Source: Gemmatimonadota bacterium (GTDB taxonomy: Bacteria; Gemmatimonadota; Gemmatimonadetes; JACCXV01; JAHWKZ01). Taken from it: a DNA stretch of 64,000 nucleotides. The stretch spans positions 7,993-71,992 of the forward strand of contig DASTCA010000054.1 of the NCBI GenBank assembly GCA_035711625.1. Reading direction: 5' to 3'. The translations under genes were made by a program, and so were the position numbers. This document shows, one piece after another, positions 9,611-18,663 of this stretch. The notes under the pieces were generated by a model. The model saw only the letters and a program-made list of their open reading frames with translations. It was not told the origin of the DNA and searched no databases. The stretch's first letter is position 1, and every line of letters begins with the position of its first letter.

Positions 9611-9638
9611 CCTGGTTCGATTCCCGGGCGGCGCACCA
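9611..9638 (+). other. Orphan tRNA-like 3' element: T-arm (CCUGG-UUCGAUU-CCCGG) + acceptor 3' strand GCGGCGC + A + CCA, with no detectable 5' acceptor strand, D-arm or anticodon arm upstream
   Basis: A canonical GGTTCGATTCC T-loop and encoded CCA lie about 200 nt downstream of tRNA-Pro. A search of 9413-9610 for a GYGYYGY 5' strand found none. It is either a tRNA 3'-fragment (att remnant) or part of an unrecognised ncRNA. Confidence 0.5.
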
Positions 9639-9787
9639 GCAAGGAAAACAACGACTTACGGGGGCGTGGAACAGGTCGAAATCGGTCGGGGAGTGGCCTC
9701 TGGGGTCCATATGGGGTCCGCGGGTGAAGGGCCTGTGGCGATCATGATGGTGTCCGGGTTCGCGTTCTTCGCGATCGATAGCTGGCT

Positions 9788-10039
9788 ATGGTAGACGCGT
9801 TGCTGCTCATCGGCTTCTACGTCGTGGCGCTCGTGGTGCTCCTGCCGGCGATCAAATGGATCAACACGACCCGGCCTCGCAAGCGCGACAGAACGCAAAT
9901 GGTGGGCGCGCTGATCGCTATGACGCTCATCACCGCGCACCTCGTCGAGCGTTTGCCGATACTCTGGTGCCTGTTGTTCCTGCTCCTGCCGGTGGCGATG
10001 ATCGGCTTCGGGTTCTGGCTCCACGGTCGCAAGTGGTGA
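9788..10039 (+). CDS. Hypothetical small membrane protein (83 aa, two predicted TM helices)
   Basis: ORF with strongly hydrophobic segments. No obvious SD sequence. Confidence 0.3.
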   Translation: MVDALLLIGFYVVALVVLLPAIKWINTTRPRKRDRTQMVGALIAMTLITAHLVERLPILWCLLFLLLPVAMIGFGFWLHGRKW

Positions 10040-10682
10040 TGCGCTACGACGCGATCCGGATCGCGCTGGCGGCGAGGATGTTCCTGTCGATGGCGTTCGA
10101 GGTGGACTTTCCGACGGGCGGGAAACCACATCGACGGGTTCCGGCGTGGGGCCTCCTCCGCCTCAGTACCTCATCCACGCCACCAGCGTTTCGGTCACGT
10201 CGAGTACGCTGACACCCGGCTGTATGACGAGACTGCCGGGCGTACGGCTCAGATCCACCACATCCCTCTCATCCGCGCGCATCGAATAGATCCCGAAAGT
10301 GCCATCCCTGGCGCTGGTGACCCGAGCCGCGTGCGGGGCAGTATCGCGATGGACAGGATCGAGTGGCCGGTCTGCTGGGATGTCCGTCGTGGAAGACACG
10401 CGACCGGAACCGACTCCTGCTGCACCAGCGGAAGGACGGGACGTTCGGCTAGGGCCCGACGCTATCGAGGCGGGATCCAAACGCATACCTGCGCGCTCGA
10501 GCGCCTGGACCCGGCGTGCCGCACCAGATACTCGTAGACGTTCATCCGATGACACCGAGCCGACCCGAGGCATGGACGAGCAGAGTCACGTACGCCAACG
10601 GCTCGCGCGTTGAACGGGGGCGGGCGGATGGGCGTCGGTAGGGCAGGTCCGCCGGAGCCGCCCTACTCAAGGAGGAATGTCG

Positions 10683-11465
10683 ATGATCACGCACCTGCTC
10701 CTGATGGGATCCTTCCTCACTTCTCCCAGCGTGATCCACCAAGAAACGGTGAGCGACACGATCCGACTGGAGGTCGGATCTCGCGAGGTAGATGGCCGGG
10801 TGTTTCCGGTGCATCGCGCACGCAATCGAGTCTATCTGGGGGAATCCAGCGAGCCGGTCGTGACTTGGACGAACGAGCTGACCCTCGGGGACTCCGCCGG
10901 GGTTCCCGTAATGCGATGGGTGACCCGGGGGGAGCCGGGTCCGGCCGCAACGGGCGGGCATCGATGGGAGCTCCTGCAGACCTACAACGCGCGCACGCTG
11001 GCCCCTCTGGCCTACTCCAATACCTCGAGCACGGGTGCGTACATGCGCCTGACGATCGACGGCACGCGGGTACGCGGGGTCAAGCGCGGACCGGGCGGTG
11101 ATGCACAGGAGGAGCAGGTGGATCAGACGCTCGAGCGGCTGGGCTTCATGGCCAGTGCGTCGGACCTCGTGCCCATGGCCGTGGGGCTTCGGGCCGGGAG
11201 CGTCATCCGAGCGCCGGTCTGGGGTCCGAGCATGCAGGCCGCCGAAGACCGCATATTCGCTGTTCTGGACCAGGAGACCGTGTCCGTGGAAGGCGCGGAG
11301 GTCGTGGCCTGGAAGGTCGAGGAGCGGTTCGCCGACACGGGAAGGCTCTACGCCACTTGGTGGCTCACCGAGGCCTCACCCTATATGGTCCTGGCAGAAG
11401 TCATCCAGCCGGATGGGCAGGTGAGGCGGATCACCGGGGTGGCTCTGGAGGAGGATGTCGACTGA
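10683..11465 (+). CDS. Hypothetical secreted protein (signal-peptide-like N-terminus)
   Basis: A strong AAGGAGG SD sits 8 nt upstream of the ATG at 10683 (the first ATG at 10677 is too close). N-terminus is hydrophobic (MITHLLLMGSFLTSPS). The composition is protein-like. Confidence 0.5.
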   Translation: MITHLLLMGSFLTSPSVIHQETVSDTIRLEVGSREVDGRVFPVHRARNRVYLGESSEPVVTWTNELTLGDSAGVPVMRWVTRGEPGPAATGGHRWELLQTYNARTLAPLAYSNTSSTGAYMRLTIDGTRVRGVKRGPGGDAQEEQVDQTLERLGFMASASDLVPMAVGLRAGSVIRAPVWGPSMQAAEDRIFAVLDQETVSVEGAEVVAWKVEERFADTGRLYATWWLTEASPYMVLAEVIQPDGQVRRITGVALEEDVD

Positions 11466-11662
11466 TCTCCATTCGCGGAGGGTGAGATCGCCGTATAGGT
11501 CGAGCATCTGATCGAGATCAACGCTGACGACCGCGGCTTCATTGTCTTGAATTGTTAGTTTCCATACGATCGTGACTAGCATTGTGTTTTACTATCTCGC
11601 CAGAGAGACTTAATATTTGGCGAAGCGGGGCCAGCGCAAGCTAGTGCGCCTGGAGGCTCACG

Positions 11663-12235
11663 ATGTGGGGAGTTCCACGTATCAGCGTCATAGCCGCTAC
11701 GTGTCTCTCACTTGGCGGCTGCAGTGACGCAGGGCCAGTCGCGGATCCGCGATTGCTCGCCACGACAGGTAGTGACCAGCGGATAGCATCCCTTTGCTCA
11801 GCCGAGCGCTTCCCGACTAACCAAGTCAACTCTATCAGTTGCTGTCAGGACGGGGACCGTACTTGGCACACCAATAACGGCACGCGCTTGGTGTTCCGGA
11901 CTTATGACGGGAACGTGTGTACTGAAGCCGATGGAATCAGCACAAATTGCGGGGTGGGAACGTCACCTTTTGTTCCTTGCACCTATGGCCCATGTGGAGC
12001 CAAGAATGAGTGGGCGGTCGATGCGGAGGCAGTGTTCGTCTTCATGCCAACTTCCAAACCGGACAAGTGTGGTTGGGAGGCGAGAGGCGTGACGGGATGC
12101 GCCTTGGGATGCGATTGGCCCACGGGCGCCGTGCGTGGACATCCGGAACCGTTCGTCGATCAGGTCCAGTACGGGGGCACTGCGAACAGTTGCCCCTATA
12201 CGAGGTGTCTGAAGGGCGGCATTCCGAGTCTATGA
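11663..12235 (+). CDS. Cysteine-rich secreted lipoprotein (lipobox LSLGGC), hypothetical; lies in a lower-GC patch
   Basis: Signal peptide plus lipobox Cys, about 16 further Cys in 190 aa, Gly/Thr/Asn-rich. Local GC is clearly below the roughly 70% background, and AT-rich DNA lies upstream (11480-11660). Confidence 0.55.
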   Translation: MWGVPRISVIAATCLSLGGCSDAGPVADPRLLATTGSDQRIASLCSAERFPTNQVNSISCCQDGDRTWHTNNGTRLVFRTYDGNVCTEADGISTNCGVGTSPFVPCTYGPCGAKNEWAVDAEAVFVFMPTSKPDKCGWEARGVTGCALGCDWPTGAVRGHPEPFVDQVQYGGTANSCPYTRCLKGGIPSL

Positions 12236-12435
12236 TTGTTCGGTCACGCGACCGACTTTGACATTTCAGCTCTGATCCCACAACTAACGCCCGATCCTTC
12301 TAGTAGGGCGAGTCTTGTCGCCAGTTGGCGACGATGAGCGCCAGCCAGACACGTTTGCGCCAGCTGTCAGCTGCCTGGGCTGGCCGTCGCTGTTAGCATG
12401 CTCTTCATGCGGGCTCCCTCGGATAGGAACGCCTC

Positions 12436-13305
12436 GTGGCACAGCTGATTCTCCTCGCTCTGCAGACCAGCATCTTCGCGCTCGTCTTCGCGCTTGGTCT
12501 GAGTGTCGGCATGAAGGAGGCGACGTGGGCGCTCCGTCATCCCCGCGACCTGGCGCGAGTCGTCCTCGCGATGTTCGTGATCATGCCACTGGTCGCCGCC
12601 GCCATGGCCGCCTTGCTGGACCTGAATCCCGCGGTCAAGCTCGCGCTCGTCGCTTTGGCTCTCTCACCGCTGCCACCGCTGCTTCCGAACAAGGGGATCA
12701 AGGCGGGAGGCGAGATCTCACATGCCGTGGGGCTCCTCGTGGCGGCGGCGCTCCTCGCTGTCGTGGTGACGCCGGTCGGCTTCGCCATCCTTGCGGAGCG
12801 GTTCGGCCTCGATGTCGCCGTGCCGACCGGCCGGATCGTGCGCGTCGTAACCTTCAGCGTCCTTCTGCCGCTGGTGGCCGGTATCATTATCCATCAGGTG
12901 ACGCCCGGGCTCGCGAGTCGACTGGCAGGTCCGATCGGGAAGGTCGCGTCTCTCTTTCTCGTCCTGTCGTTTGTGCCGATCCTACTTACGACGGCTCCCG
13001 CCATTTGGTCGCTCATAGGGGGTGGCACGGTAGCGGCCTTCGCCGCGTTCATCGTCGTAGGCCTCGCCGTCGGTCACTATCTGACAGGGGGACGCGAGGA
13101 GGACCGTACGATCCTGGCGTTGTCCACGGCGACACGGCACCCGGGGGTGGCGATCGCACTGTCGGGCGCAGTGGCCGCGGCGACGGCCAGACCGGAGGCG
13201 AGGTTGGCCGCGCCAGCGATCCTGCTCTACCTGGTGCTTGGAGCCGTAATATCCGCGGTTTATCTGAGGATCCGAAGGAAGTCGACACCGCGTGGCGCTC
13301 CTTGA
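12436..13305 (+). CDS. Integral membrane transporter, AEC/BASS-like (putative Na+-coupled carrier)
   Basis: 289 aa with about 8-10 TM helices. Family assignment is tentative. Confidence 0.55.
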   Translation: MAQLILLALQTSIFALVFALGLSVGMKEATWALRHPRDLARVVLAMFVIMPLVAAAMAALLDLNPAVKLALVALALSPLPPLLPNKGIKAGGEISHAVGLLVAAALLAVVVTPVGFAILAERFGLDVAVPTGRIVRVVTFSVLLPLVAGIIIHQVTPGLASRLAGPIGKVASLFLVLSFVPILLTTAPAIWSLIGGGTVAAFAAFIVVGLAVGHYLTGGREEDRTILALSTATRHPGVAIALSGAVAAATARPEARLAAPAILLYLVLGAVISAVYLRIRRKSTPRGAP

Positions 13306-13424
13306 AACTTCTGCCTAGTCTTGTTGAGTTTCTTTGTTTTCATGGACGCCGATGATCCTATCGAATAGGCTCCCGATGCTGCGTCGGTGAAGCGCGCCGG
13401 ATACCCGCTGGTAGAGGAATCCTG

Positions 13425-15623
13425 ATGAGACGGGTCCTGAGGCTGCACGTGATCGTGTTCGGACTGTGTGCACTGGCTCCGGCTGTCGGGGAGAGAGTCT
13501 CGGCCCAGGAAGCGCCGGCCGACCCGGCGATCGGGCTGGTCTTGAGTGGCGGCGGCGCGAAGGGGTTCGCCCATCTCGGCGTCCTCAAGGTGCTCGAGGA
13601 GTACCGCGTCCCTGTCCACTACATCGCAGGGACGAGCATGGGCTCGATCATGGGGGGACTCTACGCCTCCGGACTGTCGACGCAGGAGATCGAGGAAACG
13701 CTAGGGGAAGTCGACTGGGTGTCGCTCTTCGACGATCAACTCCCTCGCGAGGAGCTCGACTATAACCGGAAAGATGACGACTTCCGGTACCTGTTCGATC
13801 TCGGGGTCGGCTTTCGGGTTCGGGGCGGGATCGTGATCCCGACCGGTCTCCTGGCGGGCATCCAGGTCGAGGGTCTCTTGAGGGAAAACACGATCCACGT
13901 GACAGGGGTCGACGACTTCGACGATTTCCCGATTCCGTTCCGCGCTGTCGCCGCCGACATCGAGCACGGGGAGTCTTACGTCCTGGAGCGCGGCGACCTG
14001 GCGCGCTCGATTCGAGCCAGCATGTCGATTCCGGGTGCCTTTGCGCCGGTCGAGATCGATGGGCGCCTTCTCGTGGATGGAGGGATCACAGACAACATGC
14101 CGGTCGATCTCATCCGCTCGCTCGGCGCCGACGTCGTGATCGCGGTAGACGTGAGCGAGCCCCTCCGCTCGCGCGAGCAGCTCGAGAACGTATTCGGTGT
14201 TGTCGGGCAGCTGACCGGGATGCTGACGCGCCTCAATGTCGAGGCCCAGATCCCTCGGGCGGACATCCTGTTGGACCCCGAGCTGGGAGAGCTGAGTGGA
14301 GGGGACTTCACGAAGTTCGCCGAGCTCGTGGCCATCGGGGAGGCGGAGGCCAGAAGTCATGAGGCGGAACTCCGGCGCTACTCGGTTTCGGAGGCGGAGT
14401 ACGCGGCATATCGCGAGCGATACCGCTATCGCCCGGACCTTCAAGGACGGGTGGACTTCGTCGACGTGCAAGGAAACGAGCGGGTGGATCGTCGCATGAT
14501 CGATGCCCGAATCCGGCTCGAGCCGGGGGATCCGTTCGATCCCGCGGTGATCCGTGAAAACGTCACGCGCGTCTACGGCATGGGGGCTTTCCGGAGCGTG
14601 GCCTGGGACGTCGAGCGGCGGGGCGAGGAGCTGGGCGTCGTGATCCGGGTGGTCGAGAAACCCGAGGGCCCGAATTACGCGAAGTTCGGGATGGTCCTGG
14701 ACGATGCTGGGACCTTCGACGGCCGCATGAATCTGACGCTGACCCAGCTCAACCGGCGCGGGGCAGAACTGCGGAACGATTTTCAGTTCGGAGCTATCGT
14801 CGGATTCTCTACGGAATTCTACCAGCCGCTCGACTATGCTGGGACGTTCTTCGTCGCGCCTTCGATCGCGGTGCGGAACGAGGACCAGGACGTCTTCGAT
14901 GACGACGGAGACAAGGTCGCGGTCTACGAGGTCGACCGAAGGGTCGGCCGGTTCGACGTGGGATACAATATCGGCCGGCACGGAGAGCTCCGGCTGGGTG
15001 TCCTGCGAGGCAAGATCGACGCGCACGTGGGCGTCGGAGCGGCGGACCTTTCCGACTTCGACGCGACGGCGGCAGGATTCCGAGTCGCGCTCAACCTCGA
15101 CCGGCTCGACGACTCGAGCTTCCCCGAGCGCGGCTACCTGACATGGGTGTCGTATTTCATGTCGCGGGAGGGGATGGGCGCGGATGACGGGTACGACAAG
15201 CTCACGCTGAATTCGGCCGTTTTCTGGACGCGCAATCGCTGGACCTGGACGACCGCTCTCCTCATGGGCTCGGCTCTGGGCAGCGACATTCCCGCGTACG
15301 ATCAGCATACGCTGGGAGGTTACCTGTCTCTGGCGGGCCTGCAGGACGACCAGCTTCGGGGTCAGTACGCGGGTCGGGCGCGACTGGGAGGGTACTACCG
15401 CCTGGCAACGCTGCCGCGGTTCGTCGGCGAAGGCCTCTTTCTGGGCGCCTTCCTCGAGACCGGGCAGGCGTGGGATCGGTCGGACGAGATCTTCGAGGAC
15501 CTAATCTGGAGCCTCTCGGGATTCCTCGGCATCGACACGTTCCTGGGTCCCTTCACGATGGCCTACGGCGTCGCGAGCAGTGGTCAGGACGAGTTCTACG
15601 TCTCGCTCGGAAGGAACTTCTGA
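13425..15623 (+). CDS. Patatin-like phospholipase fused to POTRA/Omp85-type beta-barrel (Type Vd autotransporter, PlpD-like)
   Basis: Signal peptide, GLVLSGGGAKG oxyanion motif, GTSMG nucleophile elbow and a D-G-G catalytic Asp region. A C-terminal region of about 400 aa is beta-rich and ends in an aromatic residue (RNF). Confidence 0.8.
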   Translation: MRRVLRLHVIVFGLCALAPAVGERVSAQEAPADPAIGLVLSGGGAKGFAHLGVLKVLEEYRVPVHYIAGTSMGSIMGGLYASGLSTQEIEETLGEVDWVSLFDDQLPREELDYNRKDDDFRYLFDLGVGFRVRGGIVIPTGLLAGIQVEGLLRENTIHVTGVDDFDDFPIPFRAVAADIEHGESYVLERGDLARSIRASMSIPGAFAPVEIDGRLLVDGGITDNMPVDLIRSLGADVVIAVDVSEPLRSREQLENVFGVVGQLTGMLTRLNVEAQIPRADILLDPELGELSGGDFTKFAELVAIGEAEARSHEAELRRYSVSEAEYAAYRERYRYRPDLQGRVDFVDVQGNERVDRRMIDARIRLEPGDPFDPAVIRENVTRVYGMGAFRSVAWDVERRGEELGVVIRVVEKPEGPNYAKFGMVLDDAGTFDGRMNLTLTQLNRRGAELRNDFQFGAIVGFSTEFYQPLDYAGTFFVAPSIAVRNEDQDVFDDDGDKVAVYEVDRRVGRFDVGYNIGRHGELRLGVLRGKIDAHVGVGAADLSDFDATAAGFRVALNLDRLDDSSFPERGYLTWVSYFMSREGMGADDGYDKLTLNSAVFWTRNRWTWTTALLMGSALGSDIPAYDQHTLGGYLSLAGLQDDQLRGQYAGRARLGGYYRLATLPRFVGEGLFLGAFLETGQAWDRSDEIFEDLIWSLSGFLGIDTFLGPFTMAYGVASSGQDEFYVSLGRNF

Positions 15624-15655
15624 CGCCCGGCCGCGATGCGCTGCGGCCGGGCGTC
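15622..15655. terminator. Perfect 13-bp inverted repeat (GACGCCCGGCCGC...GCGGCCGGGCGTC) between convergent genes; likely bidirectional terminator
   Basis: Seen directly. The hairpin has an 8-nt loop and sits in the 37-nt gap between the stops of 13425..15623 (+) and 15661..16263 (-). Confidence 0.5.
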
Positions 15656-15660
15656 CGACG

Positions 15661-16263
15661 TCAGGGAAGCGCGCCGGGCGGAAGCTCCCGCAGGACGACC
15701 TGGATGCGTCGATTCTGCGCACGCCCTTCGGGCGTGGAGTTCGACGCCACCGGATCGAACTCTCCTTTCGAGATCGCGATCACCCGCCGGGGATTGACTC
15801 CCTGGGAGACGAGGAACTTCACGGCATTCGCGGCGCGGGCCGCAGCGAGCTCCCAATTGGTCGGGTAGCGTTGCGCCAGCCCGCCGGTCGGCTGCTGATT
15901 GTCCGTATGGCCGATCACGCTGATATGGAAGGTCGTTCCCTTCAGATACTCCGCGAACTTGGTCGCGAACTCCCGCCCCTCCGGTCCCACGTCCGCCCCG
16001 GCGGCGCCGGACGGGTACAGGATGTCGGATGGGATCTCGACCTGGACTCCCTCGACGAGCTGCTGGACCCTCAGCTCGTTGGCGGCGATCTCTTCCGCGA
16101 ACAGGACCCGCAGGCTGTCGTTGGCCGCGCGGAGCGACGCCGCCTCAACCGCAAGCGTGTCCCCGCGCGCGACGGCTTCCTCGTACTGGCCGCGCGACAC
16201 GCAGCCCACCGAGAGCGCGAGACAGACGAGTCCGGACCATCGTGTGGCGAGATGTCGCTTCAT
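15661..16263 (-). CDS. OmpA-family (OmpA/MotB C-terminal domain) lipoprotein, Pal-like
   Basis: Lipobox LSVGC. The OmpA_C peptidoglycan-binding motif includes NQQPTGGLAQRYPTNWELAAARA. An AAGGAGG SD sits 6 nt upstream. Confidence 0.8.
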   Translation of the reverse strand: MKRHLATRWSGLVCLALSVGCVSRGQYEEAVARGDTLAVEAASLRAANDSLRVLFAEEIAANELRVQQLVEGVQVEIPSDILYPSGAAGADVGPEGREFATKFAEYLKGTTFHISVIGHTDNQQPTGGLAQRYPTNWELAAARAANAVKFLVSQGVNPRRVIAISKGEFDPVASNSTPEGRAQNRRIQVVLRELPPGALP

Positions 16264-16664
16264 GGCGTCCTCCTTTGTTCTTCTGCACCAGACCCCTTGC
16301 CGTTCCGGGAACGACGCGGAGTCGGGGGGTGCCCCACTGTCGAGGCGTTGGCCTGCCGTCCGCTCCTTGCGAGAATCACGCCAGCGGCGGGTACCCCCGC
16401 TCGGAAAGCTCGCCGCGTGTCGGGCGTCTGCTCAGAACGGCAGTGGAGATTGTTCCAGGCCTTCGGGTTGGGCAGACGCCAACGCGCAGAATATTCGGAC
16501 GGCTGCGCCCGGTTTGCCACTCTCGGGAGCTCGGCCCAGCCCAGTGCGGCTCCGACATATCGGAGTTCCCCCGAGAACTCGGACCTGGGCCGTGAACTCC
16601 CGCTACGGAAGGCGAGAGCGCGGCGAAGTACATACTTTCTGCTCGCAGTCGGCTTTAGGATGGC

Positions 16665-17615
16665 TTGCGCTGGGTCCCACGAGATCGTCATGCCGCCGGT
16701 GCAACCGGGAAGGAGCAGATCCATGAGGCACGGCCTCGCGCGGCGCCTTGGCTCGATCCAAACTCGACTCGCCGCGTGACATCGGCCGATACCACGGCGG
16801 ACAGGTCGGCGATCTCCATTTCGGAGGAGCGGACCCTCCGGTACCCGAAGGAGCGGCCGATCTTCATCGCCGGCGTGCTGTTCAACGTCGCGATCATCGT
16901 CGCCGCACTGACCGGAGTGGACATCGCAGCCGAGCGGCTCGCTTCCTACCCGCGTCTTGCGGGACGCGTGTCCGAGATCCGGACCATCGCGACGCTGGCT
17001 GTCTTCCTCCCACCCGCGATTCTGCTGCTGCGAAACTGGAGGATCGCGTTCGTCCGCGGGAACTCCGTGCAGCTGTCCCGAACTCAGCTTCCGGAAATTT
17101 ACGGAATTCTTGAAGCCCAGTGCACGCAATTCGGAATGGCCGTTCCCGAGCTCTACCTCACGGAGGACTCCCGCTACGGCGACGCGAAGGCGTTCTCGAC
17201 CCTCCGAAGGAACTGCATCGTGCTGAGCAGCAAGTACGTGCTGCTGGAGCACGCGCAAGAGAAGAACCTGCTCTCGTTCCTGATCGGCAGCGAGCTGGGT
17301 CGCATTCGTCTGGGGCATACGAAGTGGTGGCACGAGGTCCTCGCCGCGTACACGCTATACGTCCCCATCCTGAAGAATCCGCTGCTTAAGGCCCGCACAT
17401 ACTCGAGCGATCGGTATGGCGCGCGGCTGTCGCCCGGCCCACTAGACGGCCTGATCGTTCACGCGACCAGCTGGCGCGCTTTGCGTCGAATCGACGTGGA
17501 TGAGTACCTGGCGCAGGCCCGGGCGTACGGAGGCTTCTGGGCGCGGGTGTCGGAGCTCGGCCAGTCGCGACCGCACCTGGCGTACAGGATCCAGAACCTC
17601 GAGCGAGCCGAATAG
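16665..17615 (+). CDS. M48-like membrane protein with degenerate zinc motif (SELGRIRLGH in place of HEXXH); start uncertain (TTG 16665 or downstream GTG)
   Basis: N-terminal TM helices and an HtpX-like layout. The first His of HEXXH is replaced by Ser. It overlaps an Arg/Asp-rich antisense ORF (16260..17333) judged spurious. Confidence 0.45.
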   Translation: MRWVPRDRHAAGATGKEQIHEARPRAAPWLDPNSTRRVTSADTTADRSAISISEERTLRYPKERPIFIAGVLFNVAIIVAALTGVDIAAERLASYPRLAGRVSEIRTIATLAVFLPPAILLLRNWRIAFVRGNSVQLSRTQLPEIYGILEAQCTQFGMAVPELYLTEDSRYGDAKAFSTLRRNCIVLSSKYVLLEHAQEKNLLSFLIGSELGRIRLGHTKWWHEVLAAYTLYVPILKNPLLKARTYSSDRYGARLSPGPLDGLIVHATSWRALRRIDVDEYLAQARAYGGFWARVSELGQSRPHLAYRIQNLERAE

Positions 17616-17789
17616 TGGGCGACGTGGTTCAAGCGGCCGCCCATCCGCATCCGAGATTTCGGGGCCCGCCCCGATATCTCGGAGTCTCGAGTCGCCCCGA
17701 AGCGAGGGGCGAGAGCGAACGCGGCGATCGCGGGGACCCGATACACGAAGCATGACGAACTCGACTGGACGGCGAAGGTCGACCGATCG

Positions 17790-18164
17790 CTAGCCGGATG
17801 TCCCGTCCTTCCGCTGGTGCAGGAGGATCCGGTTGCCGTCGGGATCGGCGACGACAGCCATCCAGCAAACCGGCGTTTCGATGGTGTCCATCGAGATCTC
17901 GATGCCCTTGCTCCGAAGCTCCCCGACCGCCTCGCCCACGTGGTCGACCGCCAGCGCGACGATCGCGTTCGGATGAGGCTGCGGCATAGCGACGAGACCG
18001 ATCGCGACGCCGCCCGCATCGAGCTCCATGTATCCGTTCGCGCGGGTCCCGGGCTTCCCGCGAGCGACCTCGACGTCCAACCCGAGCACGTCCCGCCAGA
18101 ACGCCTCCGAGCGATCCATGTCCGTCACGCTGTAGGATATGAAGTCCACGGCTTTCGCCTTCAT
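17790..18164 (-). CDS. VOC family protein (glyoxalase/bleomycin-resistance fold)
   Basis: 124 aa with beta-alpha-beta-beta-beta module motifs (FWRDVLGL and ADPDGNRILL). Confidence 0.75.
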   Translation of the reverse strand: MKAKAVDFISYSVTDMDRSEAFWRDVLGLDVEVARGKPGTRANGYMELDAGGVAIGLVAMPQPHPNAIVALAVDHVGEAVGELRSKGIEISMDTIETPVCWMAVVADPDGNRILLHQRKDGTSG

Positions 18165-18181
18165 TCGACCCCTCCCGCGTG

Positions 18182-18258
18182 TGGCGCGCCCTGAGGGAGT
18201 CGAACCCCCAACCTTCGGATCCGAAGTCCGACGCTCTATCCAGTTGAGCTAAGGGCGC
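18182..18258 (-). tRNA. tRNA-Arg (anticodon UCG)
   Basis: Minus-strand manual fold: acceptor GCGCCCU/AGGGCGC, U8, D-stem GCUC/GAGC, anticodon stem UCGGA/UCCGA with loop CUUCGGA, T-loop UUCGACU, discriminator G, CCA. Confidence 0.9.
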
Positions 18259-18379
18259 GCAAGCCCCATGATAGACGTACCGGCAAGGCCGGTCGAGGGT
18301 CTGTAGCGTACTTTGCGGCCGTTTTCCCCGGCACTCGCCGATCGTCGCCGGGGGGTGGTGCCTTCTTCGGGAGGTCGAG

Positions 18380-18613
18380 ATGGTGGAGCGCAAGCACGCC
18401 GTGCGCGCCGAGCTCACCGTGCAGGAGCTGACGCGCGCGGGCACGAGCCTGGATCTGAAGATCTACGCGGAGGGCGAGCAGATCGGAACCCTGATCATCG
18501 GCCAAGGCTCGCTCTTCTGGCGGGGAGGCAAGCGCCAGAAAGTGAAGCGGATCGACTGGTCGAGCTTCGCCGAGATGATGAACGAGAAGGTCTACGGCGA
18601 AAAGCGCGTCTGA
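18380..18613 (+). CDS. Hypothetical small protein (77 aa)
   Basis: A GGGAGG SD sits 6-7 nt upstream of the ATG. Composition is protein-like. No family recognised. Confidence 0.45.
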   Translation: MVERKHAVRAELTVQELTRAGTSLDLKIYAEGEQIGTLIIGQGSLFWRGGKRQKVKRIDWSSFAEMMNEKVYGEKRV

Positions 18614-18663
18614 ACGGCGGTCGAAATGCGGCGATTCACCCCAGCCGAGATCGTGACCGCGCC

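Noticed and set aside
9413-9638. tmRNA (ssrA), including a two-piece/permuted form, suggested by the tRNA-like CCA end
   Set aside because: The acceptor 3' strand has C at position 70, so no G3:U70 alanine identity pair is possible. There is no tag reading frame ending in a -AA stop. No complementary 5' strand was found upstream or downstream.

The GGGGGCGUGGAAC...UCGAAAUCGG motif just downstream (9656-9690) does not pair with it and is followed by a small membrane-protein ORF, not by pseudoknots or another T-arm.
9413-9638. tRNA-Sec (selC) near the candidate selenoprotein
   Set aside because: The discriminator is A, not G, and there is no 8-bp acceptor, long variable arm or UCA anticodon loop. 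No anticodon stem-loop could be folded.
9656-9720. GGGGGCGUGGAAC-AGGUCGAAAUCGG resembling the 5' end of tmRNA
   Set aside because: It cannot pair with any CCA-terminated 3' strand in the vicinity, and no downstream pseudoknot or T-arm is present. It is probably coincidental.
16260-17333. 357-aa minus-strand ORF overlapping the M48-like gene
   Set aside because: It has R/D/G-rich composition and no motifs. The plus-strand frame shows TM helices and a protease-like layout.
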